Below are positions 37,721-46,522 of a stretch of DNA of 64,000 nucleotides, one piece after another (position 1 is the first letter of the stretch; each line of letters begins with the position of its first letter). Source of the DNA: Limnochordia bacterium (GTDB taxonomy: Bacteria; Bacillota; Limnochordia; DTU080). The stretch is taken from NCBI GenBank assembly GCA_050951545.1, contig JBMNJG010000016.1, positions 32,001 to 96,000 of the forward strand, in the 5' to 3' direction. The position numbers and the translations under genes were made by a program. A model generated the notes under the pieces. It saw only the letters and a list, made by a program, of their open reading frames with translations, had not been told where the DNA came from and ran no database searches.

Positions 37721-38347
37721 GTGCAAGGCGTGAGTCCAACAAGAGCACGCAGTGTACGAGCGAGGACCTGGCTTGTGGCTGGCGTTGTTGTGCTGCTTAT
37801 CGCGGCCATTGCCATCTGTTACCGCACTGGGTCCGTGCGAACCACCAAGATCACCATCTACCAACCAACTGGTTTCAAGGCAACCGAAGAGGCCGACGGC
37901 CAATGCTGGACTGGGTCTCTGGCAGCACCTCGAGCTGGTGCTTACCGCTGCGCTGTAGGAAACTCTATCTTTGATCCGTGCTTTGCCACAAATGGAGCAG
38001 TAGCGTGCCCAGTCGGCGACCCGGCAGAGAACCAGGGGCTTTTGATACGTCTGACGGAACCTCTGCCGACCCCACCCGATGCCTGGGAGAACCCGCCTGA
38101 TCCCGCCAATCCTTCACCATGGGACATGCGACTGCTCGGTGGCGGCTACTGTGGGGTCCTTACTGGTACCCGTCCGCCCGAGTTCCCCCTTGGCTGCACG
38201 ATTCCCGAGTTCCCCGAAGGCGCGCTGTGCTCGATGCCAGTGCCACTAGCGCACAGGGCAGGTATCTACGCCACCACATGCGGCGTCTGGAATGGAGAAG
38301 AGTTACTGCAGCCGCGGATCTACTTCGTAACCAGGATGTGGCTGTGA
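37721..38347 (+). CDS. Secreted/membrane-anchored cysteine-rich hypothetical protein
   Basis: N-terminal TM; CWTGS..YRC..DPCF..C pattern; GGAG RBS. Confidence 0.7.
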   Translation: MQGVSPTRARSVRARTWLVAGVVVLLIAAIAICYRTGSVRTTKITIYQPTGFKATEEADGQCWTGSLAAPRAGAYRCAVGNSIFDPCFATNGAVACPVGDPAENQGLLIRLTEPLPTPPDAWENPPDPANPSPWDMRLLGGGYCGVLTGTRPPEFPLGCTIPEFPEGALCSMPVPLAHRAGIYATTCGVWNGEELLQPRIYFVTRMWL

Positions 38348-38446
38348 CAGAGCAGCTACCATGTGTTTTCGACGTAGATGACGCGTTTTCTGCCAGATCT
38401 CATCAGGCGAGGGCAGCACTTATCCACTGCCCTCGCTGCTTGAGTG

Positions 38447-38854
38447 TTACTCTCCAAAGAAGCGCTTAATCTCCAGCTCTGCTGTCTCTGGCGAGTCGGA
38501 AGCGTGAACCATGTTGTAAGGGTTGGCTACAGCAAAATCGCCCCTAATGGAGCCTGGGATGGCTTCTACTGGATTGGTGGCTCCAATAAGGTTGCGCACA
38601 TGACGGATGCAATTCGAGCCCTCCAGGATGGCCATCGCCACTGGTCCTGCAGTGATCGCCCGTATGAGTTCTGGGAAAAAGGGCTTGTCCGCGTGATGCC
38701 CGTAATGCACGCGGGCTACATCCTCTGAGATGGTCGCCATCTTCAGGTGCGTGACCCTGAGTCCTTTTTGCTCGAATCGCCGCAGAATCTCACCGATGAG
38801 GCCCCTTTTCACTGCTTCAGGCTTGACGATCACAAATGTCCGCTCCACCAGCAA
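38447..38854 (-). CDS. ndk: Nucleoside diphosphate kinase
   Basis: ERTFVIVKP, PGSIRGDF and NMVHASDS motifs. Confidence 0.97.
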   Translation of the reverse strand: MLVERTFVIVKPEAVKRGLIGEILRRFEQKGLRVTHLKMATISEDVARVHYGHHADKPFFPELIRAITAGPVAMAILEGSNCIRHVRNLIGATNPVEAIPGSIRGDFAVANPYNMVHASDSPETAELEIKRFFGE

Positions 38855-38862
38855 TCAGCTCC

Positions 38863-38967
38863 TTATCTGCGTCGGGTCGAAAGCCAGCTGCGCAGCTGAT
38901 CCGGCCCAATGATAATCAGGGCCAAGACGAAGATCACCACGAGTTCTTCAAGACCAATGCTGAACAC
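38863..38967 (-). CDS. Very short TatA/TatB-like peptide (34 aa), not in the ORF track
   Basis: MFSIGLEELVVIFVLALIIIGPDQLRSWLSTRRR*; AAGGTGG RBS. Confidence 0.65.
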   Translation of the reverse strand: MFSIGLEELVVIFVLALIIIGPDQLRSWLSTRRR

Positions 38968-39064
38968 CGCGTCCACCTTCTTTGGCCGTCATCGTGTCAA
39001 GGGAAAACTTGCCACATCATGATTATAGCATGACGCGCGCCCAAACCCGACTCGATCCGCAGTT

Positions 39065-40060
39065 CTAGAAGGACCGATGCACTACCATGTCGGCGAGATT
39101 GAGAAGCGCCTCACGCACATCGGTGTGGGCAGATACGGGCAGGACGCTTTTTGCTCGGCGGACAAGAGACTCAGCAACATCCAAGCTGTACTCTATTCCC
39201 CCGTTTTCCCGTATGATGTCCATCACCTGAGGCATCGCTTTCTCGGTCGAGGAGCTATCAGCCAAGCACACTCTCAGGGCAGCTTGTGCCTTTGGCTGGT
39301 TCAGGGCGTAGATGACGGGCAACGTGACGATGCCAGACACTAGATCACTACCTACAGGTTTGCCCATCACCTGCGCCTCAGCAGTGAAATCCAGTACATC
39401 ATCGACCACCTGAAAAGCCAAGCCCAGCAGGCGCCCGTACTCACCCATAGCCACCACGCTGCTAATCGAGGCACAGGCCACCAGCGCGCCAGCTTGGCAA
39501 CACGCGGCGAAAAACAGAGCAGTCTTCTTCTCAATACGCTCAAAGTAGTCGGCCTCTGTCTGAGCCAGGTTGCCTAGATTGGCATTCTGCGTGATCTCCC
39601 CCTCACACATGCTATGAATCATGTGGGAGACAAGCATAACCGTCTCCAAGAGACCGACTTCAACTAGAAGACGCAGCGCCCGAGCAAGCAGAGCATCGCC
39701 TGCGAGAACCGCCTGATGGTTGCCCCACACAGAATTTACGGTCGGCCTTCCCCGACGTGTGTCAGCGACATCAATGATATCGTCGTGAACAAGGGTTGCC
39801 ATATGAATGAGTTCCATTGCTGTAGCCACAGGGACAGCCACCGACACATCCTCGGCGAAGAGCCCCGCCGAAAGGAGAGTCACCAGTGGCCTGACGCGCT
39901 TACCCCCTCCCTCGAGCAAGTGTAGAAAAACCCTCTTGGCCTCAGGCGTGGCGTCCGTCAGTGCAATCCGCAGACTCTGCTCTACACAGCTTAGAGCCTC
40001 ACCCGCTTTAGGGAGAGCCTCCCGGAGCACGTTCACGCTTATCGTTACCCTCTCCCACAT
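39065..40060 (-). CDS. Polyprenyl diphosphate synthase (HepT/IspB-like)
   Basis: GGKRVRP, HDDIID..RRG, KTA and FQVVDD motifs. Confidence 0.93.
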   Translation of the reverse strand: MWERVTISVNVLREALPKAGEALSCVEQSLRIALTDATPEAKRVFLHLLEGGGKRVRPLVTLLSAGLFAEDVSVAVPVATAMELIHMATLVHDDIIDVADTRRGRPTVNSVWGNHQAVLAGDALLARALRLLVEVGLLETVMLVSHMIHSMCEGEITQNANLGNLAQTEADYFERIEKKTALFFAACCQAGALVACASISSVVAMGEYGRLLGLAFQVVDDVLDFTAEAQVMGKPVGSDLVSGIVTLPVIYALNQPKAQAALRVCLADSSSTEKAMPQVMDIIRENGGIEYSLDVAESLVRRAKSVLPVSAHTDVREALLNLADMVVHRSF

Positions 40061-40117
40061 GCTGTTTGGTCAGCTCAAGTTTTCCCTACATGAGGTACCA
40101 CCATACCTGCCCTCCGC

Positions 40118-41212
40118 CTACAGACGAACGCGCAGATTCATCGCCTCTCCCACCCGCCAGACCCGGAGGCTGAGGGTGCCACCAAAACCAGCCTCCCGTA
40201 CGGCGGCCGCGAGATCCTCCATTGAATGTATCTGCTGGCCGTTCGCAGCCACAATGATATCTGCGGGCTGCAACCCAGCCGCAGAGGCTGGCGTTTCAGG
40301 CAACACACGAGTCACAAAAGCGCCATAGTCCGCAGGCAGGGGGGTAGCCGTGTTCTGGCGGATAGCCCGAGCCAGTGCCGGAGTCAGTGTTCCGCCGATC
40401 GCACCCAAGCGCAGAGGTCGCCCGTGGCGCAGGATCTGCTGCATGCTGTCTATGGCGTCAGTAATGGGAATGGAAAAGCCGAGCCCCTGAGCCTCTATCC
40501 CTGCGACCTGGCGCACCACAGCCGTGTTGATGCCGATCACGCGTCCTGCCAGATCAACAAGAGGACCGCCGCTGTTGCCGGGATTGATTGCGGCATCGGT
40601 CTGGATGAGGTTCTGGAGAGGAGGTCCTTGAACGGGCCCTACTGCCAGCTCCCGGCCCAAGGCACTTATGATGCCAGTCGTTACAGAATAATCAAATCCA
40701 AAGGGGTTGCCGATAGCGATCACTTGCTGACCCACACGCAAGGTGTGCGAATCGCCGAGAGGAGCCACGGGTAGATCCTCGGCTTCGACCCGTATCACCG
40801 CCAGGTCGCTTTGGGGATCCGTGCCAATGACTTGGCCAGCAAAACCTCGTCCATCAGGCAAAAAGACATCAATCTGTGTTGCGTCTCGAACTACATGGTA
40901 ATTGGTCAGCACATATCCTGCTGAATCAATGATGACTCCTGAACCAAGCCCATATGATTCAGTGAAGACTGGCCCAAAAAGTGAAGCCACCTGCACGCGC
41001 TCAGTGACTGCGATTTTAACGACACTACCACCCACACTGCGTACAGCTCCTACCACGGCCTGTTCCGCCGAGCTGTCGGCAATCTGGGAGACACCCGCAG
41101 CGCGCGGTAGCGACTCCTGAGGTGTCCCCTGCCAGCTTCGTCGACCAGCGGCGGCTCCGACAAGCAGAACGAAAGTGACAGCGAGGATAGCTGCCCTTTG
41201 GCGTCTTGGCAT
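40118..41212 (-). CDS. HtrA/DegP-like trypsin protease with PDZ domain
   Basis: TNYHVV, DLAV and QTDAAINPGNSGGPL motifs; C-terminal PDZ. Confidence 0.94.
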   Translation of the reverse strand: MPRRQRAAILAVTFVLLVGAAAGRRSWQGTPQESLPRAAGVSQIADSSAEQAVVGAVRSVGGSVVKIAVTERVQVASLFGPVFTESYGLGSGVIIDSAGYVLTNYHVVRDATQIDVFLPDGRGFAGQVIGTDPQSDLAVIRVEAEDLPVAPLGDSHTLRVGQQVIAIGNPFGFDYSVTTGIISALGRELAVGPVQGPPLQNLIQTDAAINPGNSGGPLVDLAGRVIGINTAVVRQVAGIEAQGLGFSIPITDAIDSMQQILRHGRPLRLGAIGGTLTPALARAIRQNTATPLPADYGAFVTRVLPETPASAAGLQPADIIVAANGQQIHSMEDLAAAVREAGFGGTLSLRVWRVGEAMNLRVRL

Positions 41213-41273
41213 ATCCCTCTCCCCCTGCGACACGCTTCACATACAGGCGTAGTGTGCCGCAGGGAGAGTACGG

Positions 41274-42710
41274 CTACACCGCGTCCATTACCAGTTGACG
41301 CGCATCGGCCTCGAGACTGGCTAACGCTTCATGGCTAGGCGCTTCCAGGTAGATGCGTAGCAAGGGTTCTGTACCCGAAGCACGAACTAGCATCCAGCTA
41401 CCATCTGTGAAAACATACTTGGCTCCATCGAGGGTGATCACATCCGCCAAGAGGCGGCCTCCCACCGCTTGCGGTGGACGCTCCCGAAGCTGCGCTAGCA
41501 AAGGTGCCTTCTTCTCCTCCGGATAGCGCAGATCCACGCGCTTTGACGCGCATGGACCCACTCGCTGTGCCCAGGCCTGTAGGTACTCCCGGAGTGGTAA
41601 CCCCGTGACCGCCCGCACCTCAGCCACGAGCAAAGCGGCTAGCACCCCATCTTTCTCTGGAATGTGCCCCTGTATGCTCAGACCACCGCTCTCCTCGCCA
41701 CCAATGATCACAGGCTCTTTGCGCATCCAATCGCAGACATGCTTGAAGCCCACAGGGGTCTCATGCACCGTCAACCCGAAATGTGCTGCCAAGCGATCGA
41801 TGAGATGCGTCGTAGCCACTGTGCGTACGATTGATCCCTGTAGATGACGCGTCTCGACCAAGTAGGGTATCAGCAGGGCGATGACCTCGTTTGGTGATAG
41901 GTATGTACCATCGGAATCAATGATCCCGAATCGGTCAGCATCACCATCTGTGGCCAACCCGAGATGGACCTCGCCTACCCGTACCAGCTCGACAAGGTCC
42001 GACAGGTATTGCGCCTGAGGCTCCGGTGTGACACCTCCAAACAGGGGATCGCGCTTCACCCGCAAAGATATGACCTCTACCCCGGCTTCTCTGAGAATCT
42101 CCCCAACGCAGGTTCGGCCGGATCCGTGCATGGCATCATAGCCTACCTTGATGCCAGAGTGACCTATCGCCTCCAGATTGATCAACTGCCGCAGTGAAGC
42201 GAAATAACTAGGGCGTGGGTCAAGCGAATGCACGCTGGGCCCGTCTGCCAAGAGAGATCGTCTCAGACCCACCTCGCCGCTCATAACGCGGCTCAGATGG
42301 TGCTCGATGTCTGAAGTGATCTCAGGTGTCGCCGGTCCGGCATAAGCAGGGATGAACTTAATACCATTGTACTCAGGCGGGTTATGACTAGCCGTGAACA
42401 TGATCGCCCCTGCTGCGTCGAGCTGAAGCACAGCATGGGCAGCCACCGGAGTTGGCACATCCGTATCAGGTAACCACACATGAATACCATTACCCATCAT
42501 TACCTCTGCAGCTTCTTTCGCGAAACGTTCCGCCAAAAAGCGTGCATCGTGGGCAATCACTACTCCTTGCTTGTGTGCGCCCTCCTGTTGCAGATGCTCG
42601 GCGATCGCCTGACAGACTAGGCGAACATTGGAGAACGTGAAAGCATCACACATGATCGCTCTCCAACCGTCAGTGCCAAAACGGATCGTTGATGCTCCAA
42701 CCAAGCCCAT
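41274..42710 (-). CDS. Phosphoglucomutase/phosphomannomutase
   Basis: FGTDGWR, TASHNP, DGDADR, GEESGG and RASGTEP motifs. Confidence 0.95.
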   Translation of the reverse strand: MGLVGASTIRFGTDGWRAIMCDAFTFSNVRLVCQAIAEHLQQEGAHKQGVVIAHDARFLAERFAKEAAEVMMGNGIHVWLPDTDVPTPVAAHAVLQLDAAGAIMFTASHNPPEYNGIKFIPAYAGPATPEITSDIEHHLSRVMSGEVGLRRSLLADGPSVHSLDPRPSYFASLRQLINLEAIGHSGIKVGYDAMHGSGRTCVGEILREAGVEVISLRVKRDPLFGGVTPEPQAQYLSDLVELVRVGEVHLGLATDGDADRFGIIDSDGTYLSPNEVIALLIPYLVETRHLQGSIVRTVATTHLIDRLAAHFGLTVHETPVGFKHVCDWMRKEPVIIGGEESGGLSIQGHIPEKDGVLAALLVAEVRAVTGLPLREYLQAWAQRVGPCASKRVDLRYPEEKKAPLLAQLRERPPQAVGGRLLADVITLDGAKYVFTDGSWMLVRASGTEPLLRIYLEAPSHEALASLEADARQLVMDAV

Positions 42711-42890
42711 CCCCTACCTTGTCTCGTTAGTCGACGCACATGCGCCTCTCGCCTACAGCTTCTCCCATTTCTACCCGTACCTTACTCACTTGCACTTACT
42801 TACCGTACCAACATGGGTTGGGAGGGATCTCCCATCGCAGGGACTGAGCGCCACCGCAGCGAAACGCAAAAGGAGTTAAGGGGGAGCCAC

Positions 42891-43799
42891 ATGCCCTGGA
42901 CTAGAATACCGTTTCTCTTCTTACTCATTTTCCTTCTGCTCGTGAACTGCCCTCAAAGCCCGCGTCGCCGCGGCCTTATTACCTACATGCCCGAACTGGA
43001 GTGCACCGACCAGAAGATCAACCCCAACGCTTCTTCAGTGCGATTGGTAACCTATAACATCCACCACGGGGCCGGCATTGACGAACGAGTAGACCTGGCA
43101 CGGGTGGCCTCCACGCTGACAGCCACTAACGCTGATATCATCTTTCTCACTGAAGTAGACTCCCACTGGCGTCGAAGTGGATACGCTGACCAAGCTGCCG
43201 AACTGGCCACAATGCTCAAACTGCCGTATATGGCCTTTGCACCAGCGGTTATGCGCCGCGAAGGCTCAGGGACCGCACTGTATGGGAACGCTTTGCTTAG
43301 CCGCTTCCCCATTGAATGGGCCGAACGCAAACCTCTCCCTACCAGCCCCCTGCAAGAGCCGCGAGTCGTCCTATCAGCTGTGGTACGCTTAGCGGACGAC
43401 ATCTCCCTGCGCATTGTTGGCACTCACCTCGGCCTGAGCCATGCCGACCGCCTCGCTCAGGCCGCTATTCTCAGGGAAATGGGGACGGCATACGAAACAG
43501 ACCTCCGGGTGCTGATGGGCGATCTCAATGCCGTTCCCGACTCACCCGAGCTACAGATACTGCTTGGCACTTCAGAGGAGGGTGACCACTCCCCCCGCTG
43601 GGCGGATCCTATGCAGGGCAGCAAGGCACCTGCCACTTTCCCGGCTTATGCGCCACGAAACCGCATCGACTTTATCCTCGTCCCTGAGAACCTAAGCGCT
43701 AAGGTGACTGTCTACACTAGCCCCTTCTCCGATGCTTCCGATCATCTTCCTGTGCTAGCTGAGCTGTCTTTGGCAGAAGGTGGCTCCCACCAGCAGTAG
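42891..43799 (+). CDS. Endonuclease/exonuclease/phosphatase (EEP) family exported protein
   Basis: TYNIH, EVD, GNALLSR, THL, GDLN and SDHLP motifs; N-terminal TM. Confidence 0.9.
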   Translation: MPWTRIPFLFLLIFLLLVNCPQSPRRRGLITYMPELECTDQKINPNASSVRLVTYNIHHGAGIDERVDLARVASTLTATNADIIFLTEVDSHWRRSGYADQAAELATMLKLPYMAFAPAVMRREGSGTALYGNALLSRFPIEWAERKPLPTSPLQEPRVVLSAVVRLADDISLRIVGTHLGLSHADRLAQAAILREMGTAYETDLRVLMGDLNAVPDSPELQILLGTSEEGDHSPRWADPMQGSKAPATFPAYAPRNRIDFILVPENLSAKVTVYTSPFSDASDHLPVLAELSLAEGGSHQQ

Positions 43800-44912
43800 A
43801 CGCATGATCTGCTCAGCGGCATCCTCCAGAAATGTCGGGGAACCCTCGATCGCTTCCGCTAGTGTCATAGGGCGGCGCACGAGGCTAAAGACAGCGTCAA
43901 AACCATGGGCATGCAACTGCCGCGCATCGTCAGCCACAGAACCGGCCAACGCAATCACTGGTTTGCCGTACCTGACGGCCACCTCTGCCACCCCCGCAGG
44001 CGCCTTTCCAAAAGCAGTCTGGGAATCAATACCGCCTTCTCCAGTGATGACCAGATCGGCTGCGCTAACCAGGGCCTCTAGCCCCACCACGTCTACCACA
44101 ATGTCGACGCCTCGTTTCATGCGCGCTGGCAGAAAAGCCAAGAGCCCTGCACCCAGGCCACCAGCAGCACCTGCACCGTGAAGCTCGCCTACTGCCTTAC
44201 CCAGTTGAGCAAGGATCACATCCGCGTAATGGGCCAAAGCCGCATCAAGTTCAGCTACCATCTGGGGAGTGGCTCCTTTTTGCGGACCGTAGACGGCACT
44301 AGCCCCACTGGGCCCACACAGCGGGTTCGTGACATCACTGGCCACCACGATCTCCATGCTGGCCACAGTCGGATCCAGCCTTGAGGCATCGATGGTATGT
44401 AGGCGCGCCAGGGCGGCTCCTCCCGGAGGCAACTCCGCACCAGCGGCGTCCAACAACTGGATACCCACGGCCTGGGCCATACCTGCACCGCCGTCGTTCG
44501 TCGCGCTACCGCCTATGCCCACAATCGCCTTTGAGCAACCTCTGGCGGCCGCCGCTAGCAACAGTTCGCCCGTACCCCGTGTGGTGGTAACCCTGGGATC
44601 ACGCTTCTCGGGAGGGACGAGCACCAGACCAGAAGCCGAAGCCATCTCGATAACCGCGGTTCGCCTGTCACCGAGAATGCCAAAGAAAGCCTCTACGGGC
44701 TTACCTAACGGGCCAGTGACCGTCACGGCCACCTTCTCACCGTCAGTAGCATCCACAAGCGACTGTACAGTGCCTTCTCCGCCGTCTGCCATGGGCACCT
44801 CACTCAGTTGTGCCTGCGGCAGCACTCGACGGATGCCCGTCGCGATGTGTTTGGCCACCTCGCGAGCACTAAGGGATCCCTTAAACTTATCCGGAGCGAT
44901 TAGGATTCGCAT
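43755..44912 (-). CDS. glxK: Glycerate kinase
   Basis: APDKFKGSL, ADGGEGT, GGSATNDGG, YGPQKGA and GAAGG motifs. Confidence 0.92.
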   Translation of the reverse strand: MRILIAPDKFKGSLSAREVAKHIATGIRRVLPQAQLSEVPMADGGEGTVQSLVDATDGEKVAVTVTGPLGKPVEAFFGILGDRRTAVIEMASASGLVLVPPEKRDPRVTTTRGTGELLLAAAARGCSKAIVGIGGSATNDGGAGMAQAVGIQLLDAAGAELPPGGAALARLHTIDASRLDPTVASMEIVVASDVTNPLCGPSGASAVYGPQKGATPQMVAELDAALAHYADVILAQLGKAVGELHGAGAAGGLGAGLLAFLPARMKRGVDIVVDVVGLEALVSAADLVITGEGGIDSQTAFGKAPAGVAEVAVRYGKPVIALAGSVADDARQLHAHGFDAVFSLVRRPMTLAEAIEGSPTFLEDAAEQIMRLLLVGATFCQRQLS

Positions 44913-44984
44913 GATCACACCCCACTAAAGGCGAATACATTGCTGTTGAGCTTCTCCGTCCCTCGGTGGATACCCTGCGCCCAC

Positions 44985-45009
44985 AAAAAAACCCCCGTGA
45001 AAGGGGGTT
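44985..45009 (-). terminator. Intrinsic terminator of the 44-aa gene
   Basis: Minus strand AACCCCC-TTTCAC-GGGGG followed by TTTTTTT. Confidence 0.8.
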
Positions 45010-45041
45010 ATGCGAGTTACAGTATCTGATGGTATACAGGG

Positions 45042-45176
45042 TTACGCTTCCACGAACTCGACGACCTTGCCGGAAGCGAAAATAAGCTTAGCGATACGGT
45101 TCCCCTTCCAGATGATGCGCACGCCTTCCTGCGGCGAGACCGAGACCTTGCTCTTCTGCGCAACCTTGATGGCCAT
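45042..45176 (-). CDS. Small monocistronic basic protein (44 aa), not in the ORF track
   Basis: MAIKVAQKSKVSVSPQEGVRIIWKGNRIAKLIFASGKVVEFVEA*; RBS AGGGAG; promoter TTGTGA-17-TATAAT (45216-45244); own terminator. Confidence 0.8.
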   Translation of the reverse strand: MAIKVAQKSKVSVSPQEGVRIIWKGNRIAKLIFASGKVVEFVEA

Positions 45177-45563
45177 GTACCCACTCCCTACCCGCACGGC
45201 TAAACCAACACTTGCATTATACTTGCGTCAACGAGCTATCACAACCCAAAAACCCAGAAAGCACCTCTGCCAACAACACCCAGGGGTTGAAAGACACGAT
45301 CGTCACACGGCGAAAGGCCCGTCATACAAGAGTGTCATCGGCTTTGGCACCGCTGATTTGTGGAAGACGCACACGCGAAACGGCGAGCCCTATCCCTACT
45401 TCTGGCTCAGTGTGGTGGCACTCACCACTTGCTGCCTGACCGAGATCTCCAGCGCACATGCGTCATGTAAGCCTCAAGACCATCACAGGCAAGGAACGCA
45501 GGCAAACACTGATGCAGCTGATAACAGAAACGCCCGGAACGTATGTTCCGAGCGCTTGCTACG

Positions 45564-45639
45564 TGGTGCGCCCAGCAGGACTCGAACCTGCGCACCCGGC
45601 TCCGGAGGCCGGTGCTCTAATCCGCTGAGCTATGGGCGC
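45564..45639 (-). tRNA. tRNA-Arg(CCG)
   Basis: Reverse complement GCGCCCATAGCTCAGCGGATTAGAGC...CTCCGGA...GGTTCGAGTCC...GGGCGCACCA. Confidence 0.96.
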
Positions 45640-45912
45640 CTATCTTTACCTCCGCATTATAGCAGAGAGCCGGGCAGCCTGCAACCCAAACTCCGATGGC
45701 GAGTGCATACGGAAGTCGCGGTGAACGGGTGTTCTCACGGCTGCTACGCCGCCTTTCCACGCACCCAACAGATTCAGTTCGACTGTGACTGGGATTCCAA
45801 CTGCGCCCTTCCCACCTGCTAGCGTCTTCAACAATCGTGATCAGTTGGGTCGGGGTAGGGCCGCGCTAACCCGTCGTGGGTCGATGCCCAGGCTCGTCGT
45901 GGGCGGTACACA

Positions 45913-46236
45913 GGTCGGTTACATCGCCTGATTTGGCAAGAAACGGGCGATGCTCACTGGTTTCACTTCCGTCAGTCCCGGACCCGGGTGGTGAGTCGGG
46001 GCCCGGGGTCGGTTACATCGCCTGATTTGGCAAGAAACGGGCGATGCTCACTGGTTTCACTTCCGTCAGTCCCGGACCCGGGTGGTGAGTCGGGGCCCGG
46101 GGTCGGTTACATCGCCCGATTTGGCAAGAAGAGGGCGATCTCACTGGTTTCACTTCCGTCAGCCCCGGACCCGGGTGGTGAGTCGGGGCCCGGGGTCGGT
46201 TACATCGCCCGATTTGGCAAGAAGGGGGCGATGCTC
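45913..46236. repeat. Tandem array of 94-bp double-hairpin repeats (3 full + 1 partial)
   Basis: Units start at 45913, 46007, 46101 and 46194 (GGTCGGTTACATCGCCYGATTTGGCAAGAARSGGGCGAT...). Confidence 0.96.
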
Positions 46237-46522
46237 CAGTCTCATCTTCGATCACAGGGAGGCCGACCAGGCGACGGGGCGGGTTCTGGGCAAGGCAAGA
46301 TGGCTATTGAGCGGAACATTGTGATTTCGAGGCGGTTACAGCCGGTAGTGGGGCGCCCGTTGGCGCACCACTGGTCTGCTATTGTCACGACTTGTGCCGA
46401 GGGCACCGGGCGAGGGCATAGGGGCACCTGCTCTAGCGAGCGGCAGCGAGAGGTTGCTGAAACCCCTACTGTGAAGGGGGACAGATGATTCGAGGCGATG
46501 GCGCACTCTTGGCCGTCGTTGG

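Noticed and set aside
45010-45822. 270-aa plus-strand ORF
   Set aside because: It runs antisense across tRNA-Arg and the better-supported 44-aa gene, with no recognisable motifs.
45955-45990. Hammerhead-like string on the minus strand of the 94-bp unit (GGTC-CGGGA-CTGACGG-AAGT-GAAACC)
   Set aside because: The core reads CTGACGG instead of CTGANGA, and stems I and II are essentially absent. Probably chance, though an Infernal search would settle it.
45913-46236. 94-bp array as CRISPR
   Set aside because: The intervening segments are near-identical rather than unique spacers, and the adjacent protein has no Cas motifs I can recognise.
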